From contig JBHGNT010000004.1 of assembly GCA_043228905.1 (NCBI GenBank), positions 1 to 64,000 on the forward strand: DNA of 64,000 nucleotides, in the 5' to 3' direction. The translations under genes were made by a program, and so were the position numbers. Each line of letters opens with the position of its first letter. Within the stretch, counting starts at the first letter, position 1. The DNA comes from Azolla caroliniana (taxonomy: Eukaryota; Plantae; Polypodiophyta). The notes under the pieces are model-generated. The model was given only the letters and a program-made list of their open reading frames with translations. It was not told the DNA's origin and ran no database searches. Of the stretch, positions 38,301 through 52,910 are shown piece by piece.

Positions 38301-41300
38301 GGGATACTTTTGTTGTAAATAGTAGGGTGGGGATTATGCTGTTTTGATTATGGCTGATCTTTGATGTACTTCTTTTGCTAACTAATGGGAAGTAGTGTTT
38401 TTTTTGGAAAAAAATAAATGAAAAGTTGTTTCAACTAATCCATCAAATGTGTTGCTCAAGATTTCACCCTAAGTACATTAGGTAGATGTTTTCTATTTGA
38501 ATCTTAGAATTACAATAAGGTAACCATATGAATATGTGAGCAATTAATTTGTTGAGATATCTAAAGCCTTTATGGAAAATGGTCGCATGTTAATATGTTA
38601 TGCTACCATCTCATTTTATTCCTCCACAAGAATATTTGATGGTTGGGTGGTGAAAACATGTCATATTCCCCTTCATGTTAGGAAGTGACCACAATATGAC
38701 ATATGCATAACCTCAAAATCATTGTGGCCCACCAAATGACCCTCTTACAAAGAGTGATATCAAGCATAATATGTAAAATCCATGTTCGTCTACTACATCA
38801 TTCATTTTCCTATGTTAGAAAACGAACACAAATGATATTCAAATATCCTTGTTTTTTTTTTTTCCTTTTTTCCCTTTTTTTTACCTTTTTTTTGGGTTTT
38901 TTACCTCTTTCCCCCCCTTTTCCTCTACACATCAACGCTATGCTATGCTCTCCTCCCCTTTCCCCCTTTTCCTTGAACGATCTGTTGCTTGCATCGTGCA
39001 CACTAGTCAATAGTGAGTTAGTGACCACATCTTCTCCCAGCCATTACTTTTTGTAATTTTTCACTAATTTCTGTAATTTCTCTATAATTTTTGTAATTGT
39101 TTTGTAATTTCTCTATAATTTCTGTAATTTTGTTGTAATTTTGTTATTAAGAAGGTAATGTTTTCTTTTTTGCAATTTTTAAAAAATTTTTTACCTTGAA
39201 AAAATATTTACCTTATAGTAAATAATTTATCCAAAAGTATGGTATTTATCATTCTTCGAGGGTGTTTACCCTTCTCGAATGATTGGCTCATTCTCGAACA
39301 CGAATGCACGAATGGTACACATAGTTTATACTATGATATCAAGTATATCCCTTATGGTTTCAACAAGTATCACTATTACCCTGAACAAAAACAGTTGAAA
39401 TTAAAATATTGATTTTCTCCTTTTCCAAAACAAACTAAATCATCAAACTATTGAAGATTAGCAAACTAAATAGTTAGGCCCCAAATTTGTGGTTCATCAC
39501 CATAATACAATATCCATTGCATCTAGTTTGTTGCCCCTTGTACACTTGAGGTGTGTGTGTGTGTGTTATGGAGGGGATGAGGGAGGGGTGAATATTGGCT
39601 TCCTGATATCAATGTATGCCCACCCATTCCCCATGGATCATGTTGGATAATCATAATGTCTATATGTTCCATGCTTTCCCCACAAGTTTGCGTCATTTCA
39701 TAAAATGGTTGACATCCCAACAACAAATTCTTGTAAACAAATTGGCTTTAAATGAAACAATTATATATATGTTCAAGTCATTGAGGTGTGGAGGTCCTAA
39801 TAGGGAAAACAATGAGGTTAGCGTTGATAGTCTAAAGTCTCTCGAGACATTGTCATAGTAAATGTACAAAGAATCAAGTAGAGAAACTTGTGTTAAAGGT
39901 CAAATAAAGCCAATCAATTATTTGAATATATTAATGAATAAATTATTGGGATTTTGCACATATAAATGCTCACATGGGTAGAATAAGTGCTTTGTTGAAA
40001 AGAAACCTTGAACAAAACTTTCAAAATGAGTACTCATCTCTCGTGGAAAATCATGGTGTGTGAAAAAGATATCTCCATAAGGATGCTCTTCTCCTTGCCT
40101 TCATTAGAACCCATCATTTTTTGAGAGTCAATCATATCTAAACATCCATTCCCTTGGTCTTCTCAAATGATGACCACGGGGCTGATGGCAATACCTTGAT
40201 GAGGTTTTCAAAATGCCATTCAATCTATCCATAAGACGAGACAATAGCCAGAAATTATATCACTAGGATGGTATTTGAGTGATAAGGTCTACAAAGAAAT
40301 ATGCACATTTATTTTGAAGGTCACCACATTTTCAATAGAGAGATAAGGTTGCAAAAGTCAAACCCAATTTGATTTACAAAGACATTATCAACCCATCTAG
40401 AATTTGAGTGCCACTAAAGCTTAAAGCTATACATTTATAAATAAAACCATGTTATCAAGCAAAGAAATGTGATTTCCCAAAGAATAAACTTGACGCCTTG
40501 GTACACATCCATAATCACATGGTTAGAAGTGAGAGTAGCGTTCAAGAAAGTTAGACAATGAGGAAATCCATGTGCGGTGAGGTAAACCATAAACACATGA
40601 TCAAAACCATATGCAACCTTCCTTGATTAATATGGATGTTAAAGATGGTTGGATTGCTGAAGCTACATGACTATTCAAGAGGTTTTTACTTAAATATGTT
40701 GCAATATTCATTGTAATAGTGGACTGATTTGTATATTGACTTCTTTAATACCAAGGGAGGATATTTTTTTTGGAAAAAAAAACCCCATATGCAACCTATC
40801 AAGAAAGTGCTAATAAGGGCATGATGATGTTAATGCCAATGCTTATAAGTACGTGCATAACTTTGCTATTGAATATATGTATACTTTAACTGAAGAGCCC
40901 ATTATGTTACCGGAACTCCCCTTAGATTATGGGTGATTCTGTTATTGACCGCAATAAATTTCCCACAGAAGGATGCATCGTCCTCTCTCTCCTACATGAT
41001 GGGATGTAGGTGGGTTTTTATGCCAACTGTCATTTTTAGAAACCGTTTTCTCTTAACTAAATTTTATTGATGTAAGTCAGATAAAATTATGAACAAGATC
41101 CTCCTCTTCATAGCCAAATGGAAATTAGGAAATCATGTTTAGTGAGTAGTCTAATGCATTTTATGAAATTCTCTATGAGAGTGTTGTTCAAATTATCAAG
41201 TTACTTAAATGTTAGTAATGAAACCAATGTTAATTCCAATTGCCCAACAAGGTTTACAAAAATATACCTAGAGTCAAACCATTGAGTCGAGTGTGCTCAT

Positions 41301-41882
41301 AAAGAAATGCGTATGTTGACGATCAATAGCCCAACATCCTCAAGGCGACATTATGTGATCAAGTATAACTAGAGAAAATAACTCATAGAAACATCATTGA
41401 TGGGAGTTTCCTAGTTCTACGTTCTCAAGTTGATGAGGATAATATACTATGAACCATCATCTGAGTTATGTCATGCAAAATGGTGCATTTGAGCCCAACA
41501 ACCATGCATGCAGCACCTCATTAGCTTGGATAACATCTCCCATTGTTGTGTACGAGGCAATTGAACCCATCAATCACTAAAGGTATCAATAAAAGCCCAA
41601 TGAGATTTGGAGACAAATTGGCTATGATGAGGGTACAATGGAATAGGTTGGTATATTTGTTTATCCAACACAACTTTTATATTTCTTATGATTTAATAAT
41701 ACCAAGGCGTATCTTTTTAGGAAAAAAAAGAAAGAGATTTGGAGACGCAATTGACAGATTGTAGGAACCACTCGTGTGAAAGCGCGGCCTCAAAGAAATG
41801 CCACATGTATGGGGATTTGGTAGTGGTACAAAGCAAAACATTGTGGTGTTTTTGCACCACAGACCCACGATTGAAGGTCAGC

Positions 41883-41885
<3 letters not shown>

Positions 41886-41935
<50 letters not shown>
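41886..41935. repeat. (GA)n microsatellite, about 25 units
   Basis: Seen directly. Confidence 0.95.
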
Positions 41936-41936
<1 letters not shown>

Positions 41937-42051
41937 ATATGATTGGCATAGAAAGGTTTAGATCGTTGAGGCAAGAAAGAGTGGAAAGAGAGGTACATCG
42001 GACACCCCAAGCAGGCGAGAGATGGATGGATATATTAGATCGATTCATCGG

Positions 42052-42188
42052 AGGTTAAACTATGATCTATGAGACCAAACATATTACATTTCACGTAATA
42101 CATGTGAAAGTGAGTAGTGACTCTCAATGTCCAAGAACTTGTTTACCAATCGAGATTTCACATTGTGATTGAGAGAGAGAGAGAGAGA
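42052..42188. repeat. Dispersed repeat ending in a (GA)n tract, inverted partner of 1901-2030
   Basis: TATGAGACCAAACATATTACATTTCACGT...TGTGAAAGTGAGTAG is the reverse complement of CTACTCACTTTCACA...ACGTGAAATGTAATATTTTTGGTCTCATA at about 1966-2015. Confidence 0.85.
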
Positions 42189-42722
42189 GCATGTCCAAGG
42201 GAGGAGATCAAACATTTGACCCCATCACCAAGAAACCGAAGAAAGAGAATATGTCCTTGCCCCCCCCCCCCCCCCTCTCTCTCTCTATATATATACATAT
42301 ATAGTTTGAAAGGAACAAAGTGCAAGGAAATGATCCATGGGCTGCTTGTGAGGAGAAACCATTTTCTTGTTTTCTTTGTACCATCGCTTGTTTCCACCAT
42401 TGAAAAACACTTTAAATCCTTGCATTTTCTTCTTCTTCTTCTTCTTTAGTCAAACCCTCTTCTACAATCGATCCGTTCGAACCTATATATACATACATAT
42501 TCAATCTTTAAGCTCAGATTTTAATCGGAAAGATAGGGTGCATGCCTCAATCTATCCTTTAAATTTCCCGTAAGATTCTTCTCGAAAACAGAGAATGATA
42601 TAGTGGGCATTGCTGAAAACCAATAGAGATTCAAAATTTAGGGTTTTTTTCAATTCTTTTGTTTGCAATTTCATGAACGGTTTCGCACTCTGGGGTAAAC
42701 AACAGCAAGAAATGGAACTTTG

Positions 42723-45700
42723 ATGGCTTCCTCTTTCTTTTCCAAAGCCAAATTTGGTAAGTCTCTAAGTTTTTGGTTCTGAAAAAATGAATTGTTGATT
42801 AAGTAATTCATTTTATGCATTGTCGTTATTGTTTTACGCAATAGTTTCTTTGAGTTAATGTCCTTTCTTCCTTTCTTTTTTTATGTCATAAAATTTCCTT
42901 TAATTTGTTGTTTTGGGTAATGACGTGTGTAGTTGGTGTTATTTCTCTTGTTTTGGGTGATAATTGAAGTAGCTATTTTCTCATCAGTTGTAATTGTTTT
43001 CCTTGTTATATTAGGTAACTTTTCTAGTTAATTTGTTTCGGCTTTTTATATTGTTTTGCATAATACTTTGTCCACTTCATGTGTCATGATTCATACCCCA
43101 TTGAATCATCTGTTTTCTTTTCCTTTTTTATCTCATGACTTGTCTACTTGATTCATACCTCATCAAATCACTTATTTTTTGTTTCATGTATGATATCTAT
43201 TAATTGACTTGAATTTTTGTTTTTTTGTATGTGATGATGTGTCCATGTTAATTTGTTTATATCCACACCTCATCAAATCAGATGTATTCTTTCCTTGTTT
43301 TACATCATTATGTCTCCTGTTAATGTGCTTTTGATTTGTAATTCATCAAATGATCACTTGTATTTGTTTTTCTTCCTTTAGCCTTTCACACAGCAGCTGC
43401 TAAAGCAGAGAAAATTATCACAGAAATCAAAGAGGATATCAAAACTGAATTTGGCAGGCCTACCTTATCAGATCCTGGTATGTCCATTTTCTCTTGAACT
43501 TTTACTGCATATGCAGGTCTATATAATGCACATCGAACTGCCCATTAGTTTATGATGGCTGTTACACTATGCATTACTACAACGAATGCAACTTTATCCA
43601 TTATGATGTGATAGAGGACAATCTATGCATTATGATATGACAGGAGTGTCAGGATGTGCCATCCCACACATACTATATGATAGGATGTTATACAATTGAT
43701 TGCTATATGATAGGCTGTTGCACATGCATTACTATATGATGGATGAATTGTAAGGTAGACATGAACTGTAGTTTTTGCATGATGGAGCATCATAGTGGCA
43801 AGATTAAGGCTGATGACATGCCAACTGGATGCTGTTAGATAGATAATAGATCATATTGATTGCAGTCTCATAAATGAGTGCTTTATAAAGGCTACAAAGA
43901 TGAACCTCAAGGGATCTCACTAGGTAGATTGCCATGGTAGAATGAAGATAAATGACATTGATTCTACACTCGTACATGAGAGTGTGTTACAAAGGCTACA
44001 AAGGTGAAGGTTAATGGCTCCCATCAAGACATTTCACAAAGGAATTCCACAGTTCATCTAGGAAAAATGTCATAGTCTATTCATGATCTTTATCTTTTTA
44101 TTATTTATGAGATGACTGAGATTGAGGTGGCAGTGATTAATCATTAGGATTTTCAAGAATATAGAGATGGGTCACATGATTTCATACATGAGCACTTCCG
44201 TGAAAGTCATTGTGTATCTTTAAATACGGTGCAATATAATCTTGGCTCTCCATTATCTTATACTTGCATCGTTGTGCAGCAGAAGAACAAAGCACATCAC
44301 GTGATGCTCGCTCATGAACACAAAATTGGGTTGTTGTCTCTCTGAAAAACAATGGGCCAATGGCCTGGATCATTGACATTAGATGCCATGTCCACACAAT
44401 TAGAGCACTGAATTCATGCTATCAACTGGGATAAAATATGTTTTTTTCACTTGTTACTAGACAAAATAGAATAAAATTTTTACTGTCCATACGGAGGCCA
44501 ATTTTGACCTATGGGACCAAATAAACATATCATCATATACAATCCTTCTTAAGATGGGGGTTTTCCTACTCTTTAGTAAAAACTCTCTATGTGAAAGCAA
44601 TGCATGGACATATGTACTTACCCATCTTGGTGGAGATTTGAGTATCTAACAAGTTATTATAATTCTTGCGAATTACCTTATATAGTGAACGAATTACCTT
44701 ATATAGGATGTTGAGGATTTAACTCCCAATTGTCTATGTAAGAATGATTTTTGAATTACCTCTATTTCATTCCATAATAACATTAATCTCACTTCCCATC
44801 CTTGAGAACCACTTTGGTTGCTTTGATTCTCAAACATATAATAACTACTCCAACCCTCTCGAAGTCCAAACTCATAGCATACATTCCACTGATTTGTCAT
44901 GGGACATTATGAATACCAAGATATTTGAAACGTTTTACCTTTGTGTTGGTTCTTTCTTGTATATAAAAGTGGGGTATTGCCTTTATTGCCATCGGTTTTG
45001 TTTTTTCCACGTTAACAATTAGCCTGTTGATTTGATGAGTATCACCAAGCACATTGGTATCAGTAAGTGAAAGTGTAGATGCTAGGCTAAGAGGGAAATG
45101 GAATCGGAATTGAAAACATAATTGCATGACATCATAAAATGAAGGATATAGGATGGAAAACTAAATGCATTTGTAGAGGATTGAAGCAAGACGAAGAAAC
45201 AGCTCATGGTGATAGTACAACTCCAAGCAGCAACTAATGTTTCCTTTGTCCATGTGTCTTGAGAATGATTTGTTGATGAGTTAGTGCAGCTCATACATTA
45301 TATGGCATTGAATTCCAAATAAAACACCTAATTGTAAGTAATCTCTATACTGGAACAGATGAACCTAGAAATAATGTGGAGTGGAGTTTGAAAAATGTCC
45401 TGGGCAAGAACTTTGAAGATAGACTTTATGACTGCATCCTGAACATCTCAAAAGTTCGTATTTGTCAATTCTGCTTTTACCTATCTTATACTATTTTCAT
45501 AACATTGATGGAGCTTTGCCAAGATGGATAGAATTGAGATTAATGAAGTTTTTCTTATGTGCCCACTTAATAAAACAGGATCCCGAAAAGTTTTTTCTTC
45601 TTTTCTATGAGGATGATGCTAATGGAGAGGATGTACCCATAAAACAGAGATTGTCGACAAAACTTCTTGAGGTTGAACACTTTTCTTTAAATTTTGTTTG

Positions 45701-48700
45701 TCAAGTGTGTGGTGATGAGATCAAAGTGTTGGTTCAGTTGACAACTTTGGACTGGACAATATGTTGTATATATCATATGATTCCATAGAGCATCCTCTGG
45801 ATATGAGTTCTTTATATTGCAGTTCTGGGTTTCTATTCTGAGTATTAAAGTGTAAATATAACTTGGACTCTTATAACCTATCTTCTGCAGGATACCAAGG
45901 AGCTGCAAAATCTAAAATTCGAATTTGTACCTGAAAAGATACGGGAGGATGAATTTTGGAACTGTACTTTTCTGACGGTTGATCGAGTGAAGCAAGAGGT
46001 TCATTGTTTAGATAAGTGGGTGGATAACAATAGTCTGTTTCAATATCAACCTGAATCTGAGGTAAGTTTCATTTGTTTGCAATATGCATATTTGATTTAA
46101 GTCAATGTTTGATATATGACATAAAGACTGATCTGAATATGGATGCATGTTCACCACCCATCCATTTATACTATACCCAATGACAGAAATAGAGTTGCTG
46201 TAGATTTTCTAGTTTCTGTGTCTATATTTAAGCTATTAGCTATAGTGGTGTTTACATCACAAAGGGTATCTCTGAATCCTAGGTGAGTAAACCTGTTCTG
46301 TGTGTGTGTGTTTGTGTATATGGAAGGAAGCTGAATGGCATGTTTTTTGTACAGAGTCCAAAAAAAGACCCAGCTGATGAAGATGCATATGAGAAGGCTA
46401 TGTCTATAGTGATGGTTCCATCCTCAAAGCTACTGAGGAAGTTGTTTGGAGTTATTGAGTGAGATACTCTGCCTTTACCCTTTCTAAAACAAACATGCCA
46501 ATATTTGAGTTTTTGCATTTTGTTCTTCTCAAGAGTCTCTTTTCGTATTCCTGTTGCAGAGCAGTACGATCAGTGGATAAAATGAACGATTTACAACAGC
46601 TAAAAACGGAAAAGGATCCCTCTCAATGTAGTGGATTAGTATCAGGCTTAACAGCCATGAGAAACACTCTTCTTAGAGAAAGCAAGGATTTAGAATTCTG
46701 TAATCGGGAAGTCCAGGCTTGTATGTCATCGTTATTTACTGTAGGTAAGACTACTTGGTTGATGATTAGTTTCAAAAGAGTGCTTGAGGTGCACTTTATA
46801 TAGGCTAAATATTTGTTTCTATCACAGGAGCACTGAGAACTGAGTTCATCGAACAACCATTCAAAACAAGGATTCCCCAAGAAATACAGGGAGCACCACC
46901 AAGTAGTTTTGTTTCACATTTAGCTGAACTTATGGGTAGCATAGGGAGCTATCGGCAAATGGCAGAGTTCTGGAAGTCTGTGGTAGAAGAGGTATGCAGG
47001 TTATTAGAGAGTGCTCAAATGTTGTATCAATGGCAAGTCCTAAGTTCTAACCATAGGTCATATCAGACACATAATATAATTGGGAAACTGGGGTTTCAGG
47101 TTTATCTGACTTTAAAAAGTTAAAAAGTGAATTTTTGCGCTTCTGTTTTGCCATTTCAGTTTCACTGATGACTGAGGTTTTACAGCCATAGAATTAATGA
47201 TGTTTTGAGTCAGTAAATGTGTTTCTGTTGAATTCTCTTTTTCTTATGACTTACATAGCATTTATCCCTCTAATATTTTGTCAGGACATTGTTTTCAGCT
47301 TGTGCATTTCTTTTAAGAGATTTTGAATTTCATCTATGCTGTCCAGTCTGTATAGTTTTATCCCCATGTTTTAGGCTGTCATGTATGCTATCACATCTGG
47401 AAGTTTTGGGATTCTAAGAATATTGACATTCTGTAAGCAGTTGCGTCACTGTTGGGAAGAAGGAAAACCTATTCCATGGCTTCCAGTGGATTCAAAACCA
47501 GATTTGCGATACTGCCTAATACTTCAGAAACTCCAAGTTATTAATTGTTGTATTGCAAGGCAGAAACACCATACCGCAGATTTGGAGTCTGTAGATGCTT
47601 TAAATGAGTGTATGGAAATAATGACCCCCAGAAACATTGAGGACATAGAAAGTTTTTTTTTGCTCATGAAATCAAGAAGCACTTTAAGAGCTGAAGGGAT
47701 CTTGGAACCCTCAAGGTGGTTTGCTGAACTAAAACCAGGACAATTTTTCCTTCGGGTCGGTGCAGATCATCCAGCTGGGGATTTAAAGATGCTAGAAACA
47801 GGACATCAAATCTATTCCCCTGTCACACAGGCATGTTTTGCTTGATAATATTTATTGTCTAGCAATCAATTTCTACCATATCTCCTATATGTACACAATG
47901 TGTGACTGCAAAAAAATGCTGAATGAATTGCAGGATGGTGCTGTGTTAACAGAAGATCTTATCGAGGAAACTGAGGAACTTGTTTTAAGAACCGGAAGGT
48001 AAGTATTATTTTAGTATCAACTTTTACGAGGCTATGCAAACCTGTGGGTTATGAAATTTGTAAGCCTATTTTTTCAGGATATGTAAGTGTCAACTATTAG
48101 TGCAGTCGTATCAAAGTAAAAGTATGCATTTTTATTACAATGAGCATAACAATGCACAGATTGAGACACATGAACTTCAGGTTATATATAAAGGAATGAA
48201 CTTCACCGCCATACTATCATCTGTAACATTTAATTTGCAATTATACTTACAGATGGACATGTATAAGGCAATGCATTTCACATTGTGGTTTAGTATCTAG
48301 TCTTCTTGAACTCTCTTTCCATTTGCATTGCAATATTGCTTGATTCGTATTATTTTGTACTATTATTTAGTGTTGGGCCAGGATGCTCTCGACTCCTTTC
48401 AGACATGCAGGCCTTTAAGGTGTGCATTTCATGGTTGTGTTAGCATTATTTTTTGTAGATTTCTGGATTTGTGGGATAAACGTATTTATCTTGCTAACAT
48501 TGCTATTTTAGGCTGCCAATCCCGGCTGCATTTTAGAGGACTTTGTTAGGTGGTATTCTCCATTAGACTGGAAGCCATATCCTGAAACGAGGTCTCCAGT
48601 TGAACGCTGTGAGAGAGGAAATCAAGGATATCTCAGTGCAAGAATGCAATCACAAGGTGGGTACTTGTGGTTTTGGAAACCGATTGTGGGGAAGTGAATA

Positions 48701-50094
48701 AAGTTAAAGTTATTCTATTTGACAGGTAACCTTTGGCGAGAGCTCTGGATTTCAGCAAAGCCAATTCCAGCAGCTAAGCAGGCACGCTTGTTTGATGAAG
48801 ATCTTGCAGTGTAAGTATTTTTGACATGGCTTACATTTAGACCGTAACATCATAATCATGATTCATAAGATTGAGAGAACACAAGTTTGATTTATCATCT
48901 CTGTTCCCTCGTTTACTTTTTGGTAAGGAAACATATGTAATATAATAGAGACATGGGACGAAAAAGCATAGGAGGATGGACAGAGTCTCTATGGCCAGTT
49001 AAAAGAGCTATGGATTAGGATGCGCTAATTATGGCTGTCTGTTATCGAGCTAATGAATATACACAAAAATAGTATATGAAAGAGTTATATCTACAAAGTA
49101 GAGTTCTGTCAAAGATGATGCATGTAAATGAATAGGTTATCTACAATAAAATTTATTTGCTGGGCTGATATGACAGTACATGATTAAAATTGAGTAGGTG
49201 GACAATTGTGTATACCTTCAAAGCATTTTGTGGGCGTAAATTTTTAGTTTCTTTCTTTTCTTTCTTTCTCTTTTGTGATCTCTCCCTGCTTTGATCATTC
49301 CTTTAAATATCTTTGGTTGCAGGGAGAGTACGTTAGATACATTGGATGGAATAAAGCCAGTTGACCTCTTTGAACAGTTATTCAAAGCCTTAGTGAGTGC
49401 TTCAAAATAATCATCAGATATGCTCAATAATTAAAACTATATAATATTAAAAAAACAGGAATGTCGGGAGTTTACTTTTTTACAATGGACTTGGATACAG
49501 TTGGGGACAGGCTTTACAATTGCAGAACAGGCATTGTTGGGGGACAAGGGTTTGTCATTATCCCAGTTCAATGAATGCAAGAATTTCATTATTTCCATAT
49601 GCCACAAAGGGATGAATTCTGATGAGCTCGAACAGTTATGCCAGGTACTACTAATACACCATACCGATTATTTAGAGATTTATATTGACATCTGTAACAT
49701 AAACGATCGTTACGGCTTATGAGAGACCTAGCAAAGATGGGTACCCAAAGTGCGTATGCTTAACTTTGTCAAAACTAGTAAGGAAAAGAAGAATGTGTTG
49801 TAAAACTACTTCCCGTAGTGTACTTTTCAAATGTGATATGAACTGTTGTAGGTATATGAAATGATGGAAAACCTGCTACATCACTCGTCAAAAGGGCAAC
49901 AACATGCAAGAGCTTGTAACTATTCAGCTACGGGTAATGATGATGATGAGCAAGAGCATCAAGGCTCTCATCAATGCAAACCTGATAACGGGCTCAATTT
50001 TTTTGCCCGATTTCTTGAAGCAAAGTCCGCGCTTTTTGATAAGAAATCATTGCAAGATGAGAAGAGAATAGAGAATGAATGGACTATAGTGTAA
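42723..50094 (+). CDS. Rab3 GTPase-activating protein catalytic subunit-like protein with an N-terminal BSD-like domain, 16 exons
   Basis: Exons 42723-42756, 43382-43477, 45359-45453, 45579-45671, 45891-46061, 46355-46458, 46560-46744, 46828-46991, 47441-47830, 47934-47998, 48371-48419, 48512-48656, 48726-48810, 49323-49392, 49501-49644, 49852-50094. Motifs PDLRYCLILQKLQVINCCI, IYSPVTQ, LLSDMQAFKAANPGCILEDFVRWYSPLDW, LSARMQSQGNLWRELW, C-terminal WTIV. Confidence 0.92.
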
Positions 50095-52910
50095 AGAAAA
50101 AGAATGACAGCAGAACTGATATGCGAATCAATCTCGGCTTCAGTATTTTCTTCCTTTCGGGTGATGATATCCAATGATTGAGGAAGAAGCAAAAGCAACA
50201 TCTTCAATCAATGCATTGAAATCTCAATATATGCAATCAATCTCATACACTATGTTGCCATCCCTTTCAATTACTGGATGTGTGATGGAAGCTTCAAGAA
50301 GAGGTTTGAAGCTCTTATTTTATAAATATGTATAGATACCATAGGAAAGAAACCCAAATGTTTTTGCATCATGTGTCTCCACTTCAGAGCCTAATATTCT
50401 TTTGTATGTATACCATACGAAAACATATCAATCCAAGCTGAGTTACCATTTACTTGAAAGCTTCCCCTTAAATCTCCATATGTTTTTCCATTGTAAAAAA
50501 TCGCTACTTTTCTATTACCATCTACACTAAGCTGAAAACATGCCATTTCCATTCGTATTTTGTTTTTAGGGAATGCCATAAAAGGAAAAAGGTTTTTATG
50601 CACTTTAATGCAATAATATTATGATTTGTCATCGCATTTTGCTAAAAGTGTTTGTACTTCCCTTCCTCCCAATGTCTCATATACATAGTTTCTGATTCAC
50701 AATACAAGGCTGGTAGCTTCCTTCGCTCGATGTTAACGATCGTTTTCCATCCTTAATTGAAGAAATAATTAGAAAAAAGGACAGCAAGTACAAGGATCAA
50801 TAATAGTCCCCAGTAAAGGCATATGCGATTCAATTCTATACTTTCTTTGTTTGGATTTGGTTGTGTCATAGATTCAAAACTCATGTAAAAACTATCTCTG
50901 AATGAATTGCATTGCTGATATAGAACCTGGGAAGAAAACTGTAGGCACCACTATCTAACAGTGAAAGTTGGATGAGTTTTATCTAGAGCCATTGGTGTTT
51001 GGAGATATGATAGTAGAAAATTGTAGATGCATGCATATGATTGGCAATACAAGGCTAGTACTAAATGGGTTACATTTAACCCAAAGATGGGCTCCTTCGG
51101 GGTCTTTTCATTTTAGTCAACAAAGAGAATAATATTGGCCTTTTACTTCTACAAAATTGGAATTGTAAGGTAAAAGTCAAAACATGGTAGAGAAAGCTAG
51201 AGATGGAACAAATCAATTGATACTATTGTTCTGTGGGTGGAGACAAGAATATACATGGATATCCCGACCTATTTGCCATCATAAGTGCTTGGTAGCGACT
51301 TCATTTTTTTCCAGCACTTGGGTTAGTTCATATTTCTTCATTATAGATTTGGTTTACTAGGGGATGTATCAATACTAACATATTTTGGGAAACAAAATAT
51401 CATTATCTCACAAAAAACAAACATTAGTCAAAAAATGCAATGAGAAAATTTGCTTATGTTTATGAGGATTAAATGGGAATTGATAATGGCTATATATATT
51501 AGAAAACTATTTGTTGAGCAATTGTTTAAAGCATATATAGCTAATTCCAAGTGGCCCAACTAATTTTCAACCAGCTTCAATCAATTAATTTTGTTCCTAT
51601 CTTGATATTTCTTGTGTGTAAGGAGTCCTTCCCATGGTCAAAACTAGAACTCGGGAATTGGTATTGTTTAGTTTTTAATGTGATGGCTTAGTTGAGGTTT
51701 CACACATTCCTTAGAAATAGACGGCAAACTATGATGGTTTTCTAAGCATCATTAGTGAAGGATGTGGATTGGAACTTAATTATTGATATCTGAGTCATAG
51801 TTCTAGCCATACTCATGCGTGAATATTCGTATCATACTCATACGTGAAATGCCTCGAAGTATGATTGAAATCCATTTATCTATATTTTAATTAATTAATT
51901 ATTCCTTATGTCATAAAGGTGATATCATCTATAGATATGTGTCTTTACATTTGAAACTTTGGGATTTTCTAACCCTTGTCAATGTGACGAGTCCAATATT
52001 CATGCCAATCTTTGTCTATTGTAAATTCTTGATGGTGTGTAAAAGTATTTTCATTTACGAGCCATCGTGCTCATCAATAAGTCAATTCATGATCTTATTC
52101 CATGTTGTAAGGTAAAATGAACCCAAATAAGATTGGAATTTGCCCCTGCGCAGACACGACTAAATATGACTTGTGTTCGTTTTTCCTATTAATTAGCGGG
52201 AAGATTTCATGAGATTTTTGTGTATGTGTGCATGTGCATGTTCATATGTTTACATATGATGTGTGCCCGAGATGTTTCTATGTGGTATGTGTCTCAAGCT
52301 ACAAATGAAAATGCAAAAGAAAGCAATAGTATTGGTCTATAAATGGAGGCTTGTTGTCTTCTTTAGTGCACCTAATCGGAGATGAAAGAAAAACAAGAAA
52401 TATCATCAGCAGGTAGACTTCCTATTTATCTCATGAATTACCCAAAACAAGAGCCTTGGTGCCATTGGTATGTTGTCTCTTGCAATAACGATCTTGAATG
52501 CAGTGTTAATTATTTTTGTAAACAATTTTGTGAATCCAAAGATTATCGTGTGGCTTGGGTACTTTTTGCAAGTAATTGCATAGTTGTAGATGTTGAGATG
52601 GAATTTCTCATCTTGTATGCATGTAGCTCCTTGCATAAATTTGATAATGGAATTCTATTTTGTAATTTGTGTTAGATTTAGGTAAAGAAACTCTATGGCA
52701 TAAAGACCCAACGAAAGCAACACAATTTGTATTACAAAACACCTAAGAGAAGATGTAAGAGAGGGATGATATGAGAAAAATGTTAAGCTTAATGTGTTAC
52801 GCATGAGCTCACATATTTTGTGAGCTAAAGTTATATCTCCTTGTTGATGTCCTACATTATAATTATATTGTCGTTTACCCTCTAGTCAATGAGATAGGTA
52901 TGGTTGGTGG

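Noticed and set aside
39500-41800. Possible degenerate transposase coding region
   Set aside because: All frames are broken by stops and no catalytic motif could be identified by eye.
50391-50603. Exon-like minus-strand segment (LSVDGNRKVAIFYNGKTYGDLRGSFQ) with CAG and GT ends
   Set aside because: No partner exons or recognisable homology.
51085-51115. C(TTCG)G loop followed by T-run resembling a bacterial terminator
   Set aside because: Stem has only three inner pairs before a mismatch and the context is eukaryotic.
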